A DNA stretch of 36,697 nt, taken from contig DATCCR010000245.1 of the NCBI GenBank assembly GCA_036511155.1, positions 1-36,697 on the forward strand, in the 5' to 3' direction. This DNA comes from Acidimicrobiales bacterium. GTDB taxonomy: Bacteria > Actinomycetota > Acidimicrobiia > Acidimicrobiales > RAAP-2. The notes under the pieces were generated by a model that was not told the DNA's origin, did not search any database, and saw only the letters and a list, made by a program, of their open reading frames with translations. This document shows, one piece after another, positions 18,215 through 27,003 of this stretch. Each line of letters starts with the position of its first letter. Position 1 is the stretch's first letter. Position numbers and translations under genes: made by a program.

Positions 18215-18634
18215 TCAGCCGGTGGCGACACCGCCCTTGTTCTTCCTGAAGAGCTGGCTGACCCACTGACGAGTTGTCCCAAATGCCTCTGCTACCTCGT
18301 TGGCAGTCCGGCCCTCCTCTTTGAGAGCGATCACAGCGGACCGTCTAACCTCTCGCCTGCTCTCCTCGTAGGCCTCCAGCAATGTGCTTATCCGCCTGCT
18401 CCAGGCCGCTGAGTCATGTCGGGCGAACGCCTCGGTCACCGTCATGCCGGCCTCTTGGTCCGCTATCGCAGCCGCGGTCTCTTCGTTGAAGCCCAGGATG
18501 CCTTCGATGAGCCGTATCCCCGCCTCGACGTGACTGATCTCGTCCTCGACAAATTGCTCTTTTGCCGCCATTGGGGGGATTTTACTCAGTGGATCGCCCT
18601 TTGCCGAAACCGCATCGGTGGCCATCATGGTCAT
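18215..18634 (-). CDS. helix-turn-helix protein (sigma-70 region-4-like / HTH_23-like C-terminus)
   Basis: This lies in ORF 18215..18772. I place the start at ATG 18634 (MTMMATDAV...). The C-terminal HTH is ALKEEGRTANEVAEAFGTTRQWVSQLFRK. Confidence 0.55.
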   Translation of the reverse strand: MTMMATDAVSAKGDPLSKIPPMAAKEQFVEDEISHVEAGIRLIEGILGFNEETAAAIADQEAGMTVTEAFARHDSAAWSRRISTLLEAYEESRREVRRSAVIALKEEGRTANEVAEAFGTTRQWVSQLFRKNKGGVATG

Positions 18635-18770
18635 CCTGGCCCTGCCTAGTTCCTCAGTCGCCGGTGCCCCCGCTTGCTCCAGTAGTACCTCGTGACCATC
18701 CGCAGCGCGACTTGCCCGGATGTGCAGGTGTGGGGGGCCGCAGGTGGGGTCTGATTGGCGATTTGCGAGC

Positions 18771-18923
18771 AACCTCGCCCTCTTGTGCCATCACCATCAC
18801 TACCTGAAGACGTACGAAGGGTGGACCCTCGAGCGGATGGGCACCGAGGCCGACGGAACGCCCGAGTGGTCGTTCACCCCGATGCCGCCCTTCGGGCAGG
18901 AGCCGGACCCACCCGGGGGCTGA
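18771..18923 (+). pseudogene. orphan 3' fragment of the DUF222-HNH gene (direct repeat copy 2)
   Basis: It encodes NLALLCHHHHYLKTYEGWTLERMGTEADGTPEWSFTPMPPFGQEPDPPGG*, identical at the protein level to the last 50 residues of the 13679..15220 product. Similarity stops abruptly upstream of 18771. Confidence 0.85.
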
Positions 18924-19351
18924 TCCCGGGTGACCGCCGGGCACCGTGCATTTCGACAGTTCGTCCTCGACGGGACTGCGCGTGCGGTGGGCCGGTCGGT
19001 GTTCGACCCCGGAGCGAGTATGGTGAATACACGCATCGAGGGCTGTTTGCGCGATGCCGAACGAATCGACTGCTGGCAGTCAACGCTGACTGCGGCGTCG
19101 ATCGTGTCGTTGCTTGCGTCTTCGGACCGGCAGCTGGTGCGACAGGAACCCCTGTGAACTCTCCGAGGTTCTGCGCCACTGACTGCGGTCGAGCGCCGAT
19201 GCCGACACGTTCACCACTCGGCGCGTTCAGGAGCCACCCGTACTGCCGGCGTCCCATCGACGCCTAGGAACGGGCGACCGGGGATCGTTGGGCCGCATCT
19301 GGTCCTACCCGTCCACAGGACGAGTCGAACTCAACAACAAGGAACACACAG

Positions 19352-19549
19352 ATGAATCACCACATGGAAATCACACGCGCGATCGAGCGGAGCCGCGCAC
19401 GGACGGAGCAGGCAGAACGCCAGCTCCGGAAGCTTCGCGGCGAACCACTCGCTGCACCGCTCGCCGAACTGGACAGCCTGCTCGTCTACGAGCTGGGCCT
19501 GGAAGCACGCCTCTCCGAGATCCTCGACCGGACCGCAGTCCTGCGGTAG
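19352..19549 (+). CDS. small hypothetical coiled-coil protein
   Basis: ORF 19352..19549 has AAGGAA 7 nt upstream of its ATG. The product is charged and helical (ERSRARTEQAERQLRKLRGE...). Confidence 0.35.
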   Translation: MNHHMEITRAIERSRARTEQAERQLRKLRGEPLAAPLAELDSLLVYELGLEARLSEILDRTAVLR

Positions 19550-19740
19550 CTCCACCCAACGCACGGGGCCACCTGGCACTCCGGCGCCACCCCACCGTTG
19601 TCGGGAACCTCACGCCGCACGGTCGGATGCACGGTCGGATGCCGGGGCTGATCGGATCCGTTCCCGGTACCTCCGTGCATGGGCGTCGCCCGGCCCGCCT
19701 GCGGCTACGTTGAGACGGAAATCGACCGGGAGGAGTGCAG

Positions 19741-20412
19741 GTGCGGCAGGTCATCGGGGAGATACTGCCCTTCGCCGTCATCGTGATGGTGTCGCCGATC
19801 AACATCGTCGCCGCCATCCTGCTGCTCTTTTCGAAGCGGCCGCTCGCCAATGCGTCGTGCTATCTCGGCGGGTTCGTAGCCGGTGTGGCGGTCGTCGTGG
19901 GCGGGATCACCGCCCTGGCCGGCGCCATCCACCTGGACCCCGGTAGTGACCGGTCGAGAGGGGCGTCGGCGCTGCTGCTGGCTCTCGGCGTCTGGCTGAT
20001 CATCCGAGCCGTGCAGAAGTTCCGTGGCCGGGCGGGCCAGGACGGCAAACCCTCGCTGCCCGGATGGATGGACGGGATCGCCGGGTTCGGCCCCGGCCGG
20101 TCGCTCGCCGTCGGGGCCGGCATCGGTGCGGGCAACCCCAAGAACATCGCGGTCGCCATGGGTACCGCGGTGGCGGTGTCGTCCTCCGGGCTCCCGGTCG
20201 GGCAACAGGTGGTCGTCCTGGCAATCTACGTCGTGCTGGCATCGCTCGGTGTCGCCGCCCCGATCGTCGCCATGCTCGTCCTGGGCGACCGCTCCGACGC
20301 GGTCCTGGACGGTTGGAGGTCGTGGCTCACCCGGAACAACGCCGCCATGATGGCCGTCATCTACCTGTTCCTCGGCGTCTACCTGATCGGCCAGAACCTC
20401 GGGGGCGCCTGA
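19741..20412 (+). CDS. GAP family membrane protein (Sap/DUF2910-like)
   Basis: This lies in ORF 19735..20412. I prefer GTG 19741 as the start, with GGGAGGAG 5 nt upstream. It has six hydrophobic helices. ILPFAVIVMVSPINIVAAILLLFS and GAGNPKNIAVAMG resemble the family as I recall it. Confidence 0.65.
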   Translation: MRQVIGEILPFAVIVMVSPINIVAAILLLFSKRPLANASCYLGGFVAGVAVVVGGITALAGAIHLDPGSDRSRGASALLLALGVWLIIRAVQKFRGRAGQDGKPSLPGWMDGIAGFGPGRSLAVGAGIGAGNPKNIAVAMGTAVAVSSSGLPVGQQVVVLAIYVVLASLGVAAPIVAMLVLGDRSDAVLDGWRSWLTRNNAAMMAVIYLFLGVYLIGQNLGGA

Positions 20413-20422
20413 CCCCGCCCCT

Positions 20423-20890
20423 TCAGCCCCGGCGGTGCCTCGACAGCAGCGCATCGACGTCGGACCACCCGAAGCCGACCGACTCGCCGAGTATCCGCCG
20501 GGTGGCCGGGTCGACCAGGACCAGGAACGGGTAGCCCGTGACCCGGTAGTCGGTCCAGGCGGGATCGCTCATCACGACCTCCGTCCTGGCCAGGGCGGCG
20601 ACCTCCGAGGCCTCGACCGCACCGGGACCCTTGGTCACCACCACGACATCGACCCCCGCCGGCGGCTCCGACAGTCCCGTCCAGAACAGGTCGCACCCGT
20701 CGCAGTTGGTGGTCAGGAAGACCAGGAGGACGGGACGGGAGCCAGCAGCCAGCTCGATGAGGACCGGGGTGCCGTCCGGCCGCACCCCGGACACGTCGGT
20801 GGCCGGCCATGTCGGAGGGGCGTCGTCGACGCCGGACGGAACGGGACGGAGCCCGGCCACGAACTCCGGGTCGGACAGGGGACCGGTCAC
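20423..20890 (-). CDS. thioredoxin-fold (TlpA/redoxin-like) protein with CDGC motif
   Basis: ORF 20423..20890 starts at GTG with GGAGGTG upstream. VLLVFLTTNCDGCDLFW gives the CxxC context, and GYPFLVLVD follows later. Confidence 0.65.
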   Translation of the reverse strand: MTGPLSDPEFVAGLRPVPSGVDDAPPTWPATDVSGVRPDGTPVLIELAAGSRPVLLVFLTTNCDGCDLFWTGLSEPPAGVDVVVVTKGPGAVEASEVAALARTEVVMSDPAWTDYRVTGYPFLVLVDPATRRILGESVGFGWSDVDALLSRHRRG

Positions 20891-20927
20891 GACGTCACCT
20901 CCGGTCGGAGCGCGGCGCCGGAGGGGC

Positions 20928-21203
20928 TCAGGCCGGATCGGACTCGAGGACCTCGAGGACCTCGACGCCCTTGCCGTTCCCGCACCAGCGGCAGGTGACC
21001 TCCTCGACCGTCTCGTCGAGCACCTCTTCGTCCTCGATCGTCAGGTCCCCGCCCACCGAGAAGTGGTGGAACGCACTGGTGCGGCGGGTGGTCACGACGT
21101 TGAACCGGGTCAGGTTGCCGCAGGCCGCACAGCGGTAACGGACGACATCCCCCGTGGTGGGTTCGGAACGGGCGGTGGCAGTGGCTGCTGAGTCGGTTGG
21201 CAC
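20928..21203 (-). CDS. small zinc-ribbon protein (two CxxC pairs)
   Basis: This is the C-terminal part of ORF 20928..21614, with the only plausible start at GTG 21203. The sequence RYRCAACGNLTRFNVVTTRRTSAFHHFSVGGDLTIEDEEVLDETVEEVTCRWCGNG carries the two CxxC pairs. The upstream part of the ORF is shadow-like and overlaps the divergent gene. Confidence 0.5.
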   Translation of the reverse strand: MPTDSAATATARSEPTTGDVVRYRCAACGNLTRFNVVTTRRTSAFHHFSVGGDLTIEDEEVLDETVEEVTCRWCGNGKGVEVLEVLESDPA

Positions 21204-21299
21204 GCCACCAACGGTAGTCGCGACGTGGGTCCCCCCGTCCTCCACCGGTCGACCCGACCGGACTTCCGCCACCGAACACCTGTTCGCTACAGTGGGCCC

Positions 21300-22880
21300 A
21301 TGGCACTCGCCGTCCAGGGGTCCTTCGACGACCTCGGCACCCCGCTCAGCCAGGTCACGTTCGTGGTCCTCGACGTCGAGACCACCGGGGGTTCGCCGGC
21401 CTCGGCGTCCTTGACCGAGGTGGCGGCCGCCCGGTACCGGGGCGGCGAGCTGCTCGCCACCTACCAGACGTTCGTCCGTCCCGACGAGCGGATCCCGCCC
21501 TACATCACGGCCCTCACCGGCATCAGCGACGCCATGGTGGCCGACGCCCCTCGCATCGGCGAGATGCTCCCCTCGTTCCTCGAGTTCCTGGGCGGCGGCG
21601 TCGTCGTCGGTCACAACGTCCGCTTCGACCTCTCATTCCTCAACCACGCCCTCGAGTCGACCGGCCGGGTGCGGCTGGCCAACGCAACCGTCGACACCCT
21701 GGCGCTGGCCCGCCGGCTGGTGCGCGACATGGTCGCGAACTGCAAGCTCGGCACCCTGGCGGCCACGCTGCGGCTCCCCCACCAGCCGAGCCACCGGGCC
21801 CTCACGGACGTCCTGGCCACCGGCGACCTCCTCCACGCCCTGCTCGAGCGGGCCGGCTCCTACGGCATCGTCGGGCTGGAGGAGCTGCTCGACCTGCCGA
21901 GGATGGTGGGCCACCCCCAGGCGGCCAAGCTCAAGCTCACCAATCGCCTCCCCCACAAGCCGGGCGTCTACTGGTTCTGCGACGCAGCCGGTCACGTGCT
22001 CTACGTCGGCAAGGCCACCGACCTGCACAGCCGGGTCCGCTCCTACTTCTCGGGCGACACCCGCAACAAGGTCGGTCGGCTGCTCCGCCAGATGGACGCC
22101 GTGCACCACCGTGTGTGCCCCGGTCCGCTGACCGCCGCCGTCCTCGAGGGACGGCTCATCCGCTGTTGGGCGCCGCCGTTCAACGCCCAGGGGAAGGTCA
22201 AGCGGCGGGACCCGGGGACAGCGGTCCGGGATGCGTTGCCTGCGACGATCCCCGCCGCCGATGGGACGAAGCCGGCGCGAAAGCGCCCGAGCCGACGCCG
22301 GCGTACGTGGACGGCCGAAGACCTGTCGGGTGACCCGGTCGAGCTGCTGGAGCCGTTCGCCGAAAAGGTAGCCCAGTTGTCGCGGCTGCAACGCTACGAA
22401 GATGCCGCCCGGGTGAGGGACGAGGCCGATCGGGTCCGGCGCCTGCTCGTCCGCCACCGGCTGGTGGAGTCGCTCCGGCGGGCGGGGCGCACGGTGCTGC
22501 TGGTCGGCGGCGAGGGGACGGTCGAGCTCGACGGCGGCCTGCTGGTGGAGACCGGCTCCTTGTTCGACGGCGGCGGTGGTCTCGACCCGGCGTTCACCGT
22601 CAGCGCCGACGGCCACGACAACGAGCGGATCATCGTGGCCCAGTGGCTACGGGCCAACGCCGACAAGGTCCGGGTGCTGGAGTCCGACGGGCCCGAGGGG
22701 ATGGCCATGCCGGCGGACCGGGTCCCGAGGCTGGGCGAACTCTGCGCGGCGTTCGCCACCGGCGCGTCGGGCGCAGCGCACACGCCGACCCCGCCGACCC
22801 CGCCGATCCCGCCGATCCGAGGGACCCGCCTCAACTCCCGGGCTGCGACTCCTGCTCGGCCACGGACGCCTCGTTCGTGA
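21300..22880 (+). CDS. DEDD 3'-5' exonuclease (DnaQ-like) fused to GIY-YIG/UVR (UvrC-N/Cho-like) nuclease
   Basis: This lies in ORF 21225..22880, with the start at ATG 21300 (MALAVQGSF). The Exo motifs are FVVLDVETTG, VVVGHNVRFDLSFL and HRALTDVLATGDL. The GIY-YIG motif is PGVYWFCDAAGHVLYVGKATDLHSRVRSYF. A UVR-like helix follows (LQRYEDAARVRDEADRVRRL). The 3' end overlaps trpD by 50 nt in convergent orientation. Confidence 0.85.
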   Translation: MALAVQGSFDDLGTPLSQVTFVVLDVETTGGSPASASLTEVAAARYRGGELLATYQTFVRPDERIPPYITALTGISDAMVADAPRIGEMLPSFLEFLGGGVVVGHNVRFDLSFLNHALESTGRVRLANATVDTLALARRLVRDMVANCKLGTLAATLRLPHQPSHRALTDVLATGDLLHALLERAGSYGIVGLEELLDLPRMVGHPQAAKLKLTNRLPHKPGVYWFCDAAGHVLYVGKATDLHSRVRSYFSGDTRNKVGRLLRQMDAVHHRVCPGPLTAAVLEGRLIRCWAPPFNAQGKVKRRDPGTAVRDALPATIPAADGTKPARKRPSRRRRTWTAEDLSGDPVELLEPFAEKVAQLSRLQRYEDAARVRDEADRVRRLLVRHRLVESLRRAGRTVLLVGGEGTVELDGGLLVETGSLFDGGGGLDPAFTVSADGHDNERIIVAQWLRANADKVRVLESDGPEGMAMPADRVPRLGELCAAFATGASGAAHTPTPPTPPIPPIRGTRLNSRAATPARPRTPRS

Positions 22881-24000
22881 CCCGGACGAAGTCGTCGAGC
22901 ACGCCGGCGGCACGACCGGAGTCGACGAGCGACGAGGCCAGCGTGATGCCGGCAGCCAGGTCGGAGGACCGACCGATCACCACCAGGGCGGCGGCCGCGT
23001 TGAGCAGGGCGATATCCCGGTGGGGCGACGGGTCGCCGGCCACGACGCGGCGGATGGCGTCGGCGTTGACCGAGGCGTCTCCGCCGCGGAGGTCGTCGAG
23101 CGACGCCCGGGCCAGCCCGAGGTCGGAAGGATCGATCCGGTAGACCGACACCGACACGGTGCCGTCGCCGGTCGGGTCACCCCCTCCGCCTGAAGCATCC
23201 GGTTCCGGAGTACGGATGAGCTCGTGCACGGTCGACGGGCCGGTGGTCGAGAGCTCGTCGAGGCCGTCGTCGCCGTGGACGACCATGGCCCGGCGGGTCC
23301 CGTTGGCGGCCAGCACACCCAGCATCTTGTCGGCCATGGACGCATCGCTGACGCCGACCACCTGGAACTTGGCCCGGGCCGGATTGGCCAGCGGCCCGAG
23401 GAAGTTGAACACGGTGGGGATCCCGAGCTCACGGCGCACCGGCCCGGCGAACCGCATGGCCGGGTGGAACCGGGGGGCGAAGCAGAACCCGAGCCCGACC
23501 TCGTCGATGGAGCGGGCCACACCGGCGGGTCCCAGGTCGGCCACCGCGCCCAGGGCCTCGAGCACGTCGGCGGCGCCCACCGCGGACGACGAGGCCCGCC
23601 CGCCGTGCTTGCACACCTTGGCCCCCGAGGCCGCCACCACCAGCGAGGCGATGGTCGAGACGTTGATCGACTTCAGCCGGTCGCCCCCGGTGCCGCAGGT
23701 GTCGACCACGTCGATCCCGGCGGGCAGCGGCAACGGCACGGCGTGGGCCACCATGGCCCGGACGAAGCCGGTCATTTCCGCGACGGACTCGCCCTTCGAA
23801 CGCAGCGCCACTGCCAGCCCGGCGATCTGGGCCGGCGTGGCCTCGCCCGAGAGGACCTGGCCGAGCACGACCTCCGCCTCGCCGGCCGACAGCGACGCAC
23901 CCGAGAGCAGCCGCGTCAGCACCCCGGGCCAGGAGCCCAGCGCGTCGAAGGAGCCCGGGGCCGGCGAGGCGGACCCGCCGTCAGCAGGAGCGGCCGCCAC
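22831..24000 (-). CDS. trpD: anthranilate phosphoribosyltransferase
   Basis: This is ORF 22831..24000. Matching blocks are VDTCGTGGDRLKSINVSTIASLVVAASGAKVCKHGGRASSSAVGAADVLEALG and FNFLGPLANPA. Confidence 0.93.
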   Translation of the reverse strand: MAAAPADGGSASPAPGSFDALGSWPGVLTRLLSGASLSAGEAEVVLGQVLSGEATPAQIAGLAVALRSKGESVAEMTGFVRAMVAHAVPLPLPAGIDVVDTCGTGGDRLKSINVSTIASLVVAASGAKVCKHGGRASSSAVGAADVLEALGAVADLGPAGVARSIDEVGLGFCFAPRFHPAMRFAGPVRRELGIPTVFNFLGPLANPARAKFQVVGVSDASMADKMLGVLAANGTRRAMVVHGDDGLDELSTTGPSTVHELIRTPEPDASGGGGDPTGDGTVSVSVYRIDPSDLGLARASLDDLRGGDASVNADAIRRVVAGDPSPHRDIALLNAAAALVVIGRSSDLAAGITLASSLVDSGRAAGVLDDFVRVTNEASVAEQESQPGS

Positions 24001-24003
24001 GGC

Positions 24004-25185
24004 TCAGTCCCACCACAGGTCGTGGTTCAGCACGCCGCGTCCGATCAGCCCGAGCTGGACCTGCGAGGTGCCCTCGACGATGGTCAGCTGCTTGGCGTCC
24101 CGGTACCAGAGCTCGGTCGGGTGGTCCTCCATGTAGCCGGCCGCCCCGAGGAGCTGGACGGCCAGCCCGGAGGCCCGCACGGCGAGTTCGGTGGCGTGGT
24201 ACTTGGCCATGGACAGGTAGGGCACGTACTCCTTGGTGAACTTGCCCTGGTCGGCCAGCCACGCCGAACGGTAGGTGAGGAGCCGGGCGGCCTCGATGTC
24301 GACCGCCACCTTGGCGATCTCCCACTGGATGCCCTGGAAGTCGGCGATGGTGTGCCCGAAGGCCTGGCGTTCCTTCACGTACTCGGTGGCGTACATCAGG
24401 GCGCCCTCGGCCAGGCCGATGCCCCGTGCGGCCACGATCGGACGCATGGCGTTGAGGCCCAGCATGGCCAGGCGGAAGCCGCCGACCTCGCCGATCACGT
24501 TCTCTTTCGGCACGTGGACCTGGTCGAGCAGGAGCTCGCCCGTGTCGACGCCCCGCACCCCCATCTTGCGGTCCGTGCTCCCGACCGACACCCCGTCCCA
24601 CGTGCGTTCCACGATGAAGGCGGTGATGGAGTCGTGCGCCCGGGACCCGGGGTCGCCGGTCTTGGCGAACACCGTGTACCAGTCGGCCTGGACCACGCCG
24701 GACATCCAGCACTTGGTGCCGGACAGGATCCAGTCGCCCTCGTGGCCCGGCCGGGTGTCGGCCACGGCACGGGTGCGCATCCCGGCCACATCGCTACCGG
24801 CCTGGGGTTCCGACAGGCCGAAGGCACAGCGCAGCTCGCCGGTGGCGATGCCGGGCAGGTAGCGCTGCCGCTGGTCGTCGTTGCCGGCGATGAGGATCGG
24901 GCCGGTCGGGAGCCTGGTCAGCAGCAGCATCAGGGCCGCCGTGTTCGAGTACTTGGCCACCTCCTCGATGGCGATGGTCAGGCCGAGGATACCGGCACCG
25001 GAGCCGCCCAACTCCGTGGGCAGACACAGGCCGAGCAGGTCGGCGTCCCGGAAGGCGTCGAAGAGGTCCTGGGGGTACTCACCGGTCGTGTCGATCTCCC
25101 GAGCCCGGGGCTTGATCCTGTCCTGGGCCAGGCGACGGACGGAGTCCTGCAGGGCGGCGAGTTCGGGCGAGAGGTCGAAGTCCAC
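24004..25185 (-). CDS. acyl-CoA dehydrogenase
   Basis: This lies in ORF 24004..25425. I prefer GTG 25185 as the start, giving (M)DFDLSPELAALQDSVRRLA.... ACAD blocks are GLSEPQAGSD, WMSG, AFGHTIADFQGIQWEIA and IVEGTSQVQ. The gene ends 3 nt before the trpD start. Confidence 0.9.
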   Translation of the reverse strand: MDFDLSPELAALQDSVRRLAQDRIKPRAREIDTTGEYPQDLFDAFRDADLLGLCLPTELGGSGAGILGLTIAIEEVAKYSNTAALMLLLTRLPTGPILIAGNDDQRQRYLPGIATGELRCAFGLSEPQAGSDVAGMRTRAVADTRPGHEGDWILSGTKCWMSGVVQADWYTVFAKTGDPGSRAHDSITAFIVERTWDGVSVGSTDRKMGVRGVDTGELLLDQVHVPKENVIGEVGGFRLAMLGLNAMRPIVAARGIGLAEGALMYATEYVKERQAFGHTIADFQGIQWEIAKVAVDIEAARLLTYRSAWLADQGKFTKEYVPYLSMAKYHATELAVRASGLAVQLLGAAGYMEDHPTELWYRDAKQLTIVEGTSQVQLGLIGRGVLNHDLWWD

Positions 25186-25262
25186 GAGGATCGAGGCTAC
25201 CCGAGGGCGCACGATCGGCCGGTCGGCACAGGCCCGCGGACGGGGCCCGCGGACCGGGCGCG

Positions 25263-26873
25263 TCACGCCTCCAGCACCACCGGCCCTTCGCCCGACGCCC
25301 GCGGCCATCCCTGGGCCACGAAGTGGTCGGCCCACCGCCCCCGCCCGGTCGACCGCAACCGCTCCAGGTACCAGGGCACGTCGACCCGGCTGTGCCAGGG
25401 CCCGCCGCCGGTCAGCACCGTCCACAGCGGGTCGACCCCTGCCGGTGAACGGGCCAGGGCGTCACTGCCCCAGTCGGCCAGCAGGGCCAGGGCGTGCTCG
25501 ACCACATCGGGGCGGTCGGCCACCAGGTCGTGCTGCTCGTAGGGGTCGGCGACCACGTCGAACAGCTGCACCTCGGGGAAGCCGTGGAAGGCGTCGTGGT
25601 AGGTGCGGATGCAGATCCACCGGTCGAAGCGGACGGCGCGCTGGGCCGTCCACGCCCCGTGGGAGAGGACGAGGTGGTCCCGTCCCGTGGGCCGGCCGTC
25701 GAGGAGCTCAGCGGCGAACGACCGTCCATCCCACCGCTCCGGGACGCGTGCGCCGGCCAGCTCCAGCACGGTGGCCATGACGTCGATCTGGTAGTGGAAC
25801 CCGCTGTCGACCGAACCGGCCCCGGGCGAATCGGCTCCGGGTGGGCCGGTATCTACCGAGTCGGCACCGACTGGGCCGGCACCCGCCGAGCCGGCCGCGA
25901 CCGAATCGGCACCGACCGGGCCGGCGGCGGCGCCCCGCGGCTCGAGACCGGGCCACACCAGCACGAACGGCAGCCGGGTGGTGATCTGGTCGGCCGTCTG
26001 GTGGTCGCAGTAGATGCCGAGCTCGCCGAGGTTCTCGCCGTGGTCGGCCGAGACCATGACAGCCGTCTCGGAGGTGAGGCCGAGGTCGTCGACGACCCCG
26101 AGCAGACGGCCGATCTGGTGGTCGGCGTACCGCACCCCGGTGTCGTAGCCGTCGTAGACCCGGCGTACGTCGTCCATCGACGAGGCCTGGAGCGGTTGGC
26201 GTGGGTAGCGGTCCCACACGTCCCGGGGGCCGAAGCCGGCCAGCTCCTGGGCCGAGTGGGGTCCGGGGAGCGACCAGTGGGCGGCCCGGACCTCCTCGGT
26301 CAGCCACGCCGGGACCGGGTCGTCGTCGAACGGATCGCCGAACGAGGCCGGCGTGCGGTAGGGCGTGTGGGGGTCCCACAGGTGGACGTGGAGGAACCAG
26401 TCCTCGCCGGGCCCGTTGCGGAGGAGCCAGTCCTCGGCGGCGGCGGCCACCTGGTCGGCCGTCTCGAGGCCCCGGGTGCCGAGGTTGACGCACTCGTTGA
26501 ACCCGGCGTCGAAGTGGTACGCCGAGTGGCGCTCGGCGAAGGTGCTGATCGACGCCGTCCACATCCCGAGATCGCGCAGCGGGGCCATCCAGCTGTGCGC
26601 GGCGGCCTGGGTGCGGAAGCCACGGCGCGTGCCCTCGGGGAAGAGGTCGGTGGCCGGGCCCCCGTGGTTGACGGCTCCGTTGCGGATGCCGAACTGTCCG
26701 GTCGACAGGGCCGAGCGCGACGGCAGGCACGGGGTGTCCGAGGCGTGCACGTTGTCGAACCGCACGCCGCGGGCGGCCAGTCCGTCGATGACCGGGCTGG
26801 TGGGCCGGCCGTACCCGTAGCAGCCCAGGTGGTCGGGCCGCAGGGTGTCGACGTCGATGTAGATCAGGCGCAT
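25263..26873 (-). CDS. sulfatase-fold (alkaline phosphatase superfamily) protein with canonical Cys-type CxPxR motif and no signal peptide
   Basis: This lies in ORF 25263..26954, with the start at ATG 26873 (MRLIYIDVDTLRPDHLGCYGY). The formylglycine motif is DTPCLPSRSALSTGQ (Cys codon 26727-26729). Metal and active-site blocks are HVHLWDPHTPY and SADHGENLGE. A Gly/Ala/Pro/Asp/Ser repeat insertion is encoded at about 25800-25935. Confidence 0.85.
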   Translation of the reverse strand: MRLIYIDVDTLRPDHLGCYGYGRPTSPVIDGLAARGVRFDNVHASDTPCLPSRSALSTGQFGIRNGAVNHGGPATDLFPEGTRRGFRTQAAAHSWMAPLRDLGMWTASISTFAERHSAYHFDAGFNECVNLGTRGLETADQVAAAAEDWLLRNGPGEDWFLHVHLWDPHTPYRTPASFGDPFDDDPVPAWLTEEVRAAHWSLPGPHSAQELAGFGPRDVWDRYPRQPLQASSMDDVRRVYDGYDTGVRYADHQIGRLLGVVDDLGLTSETAVMVSADHGENLGELGIYCDHQTADQITTRLPFVLVWPGLEPRGAAAGPVGADSVAAGSAGAGPVGADSVDTGPPGADSPGAGSVDSGFHYQIDVMATVLELAGARVPERWDGRSFAAELLDGRPTGRDHLVLSHGAWTAQRAVRFDRWICIRTYHDAFHGFPEVQLFDVVADPYEQHDLVADRPDVVEHALALLADWGSDALARSPAGVDPLWTVLTGGGPWHSRVDVPWYLERLRSTGRGRWADHFVAQGWPRASGEGPVVLEA

Positions 26874-27003
26874 GGCACGTTCCGTGGTGGGGTGGTGGTG
26901 AGCGTAGCGGGGGCCGTGCCGCCGGGGCCGGTTCCTCGGGGACGTCCGGCGCACCGAACCGGTTCGCAGCCACGGAGGTGGGACGCCCGGCGCCGGGCGG
27001 GCG

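Noticed and set aside
18930-19157. A 75-aa plus-strand ORF downstream of the orphan HNH fragment.
   Set aside because: It has a GTG start without an RBS, no recognisable family, and a composition not clearly protein-like, so the support is insufficient.
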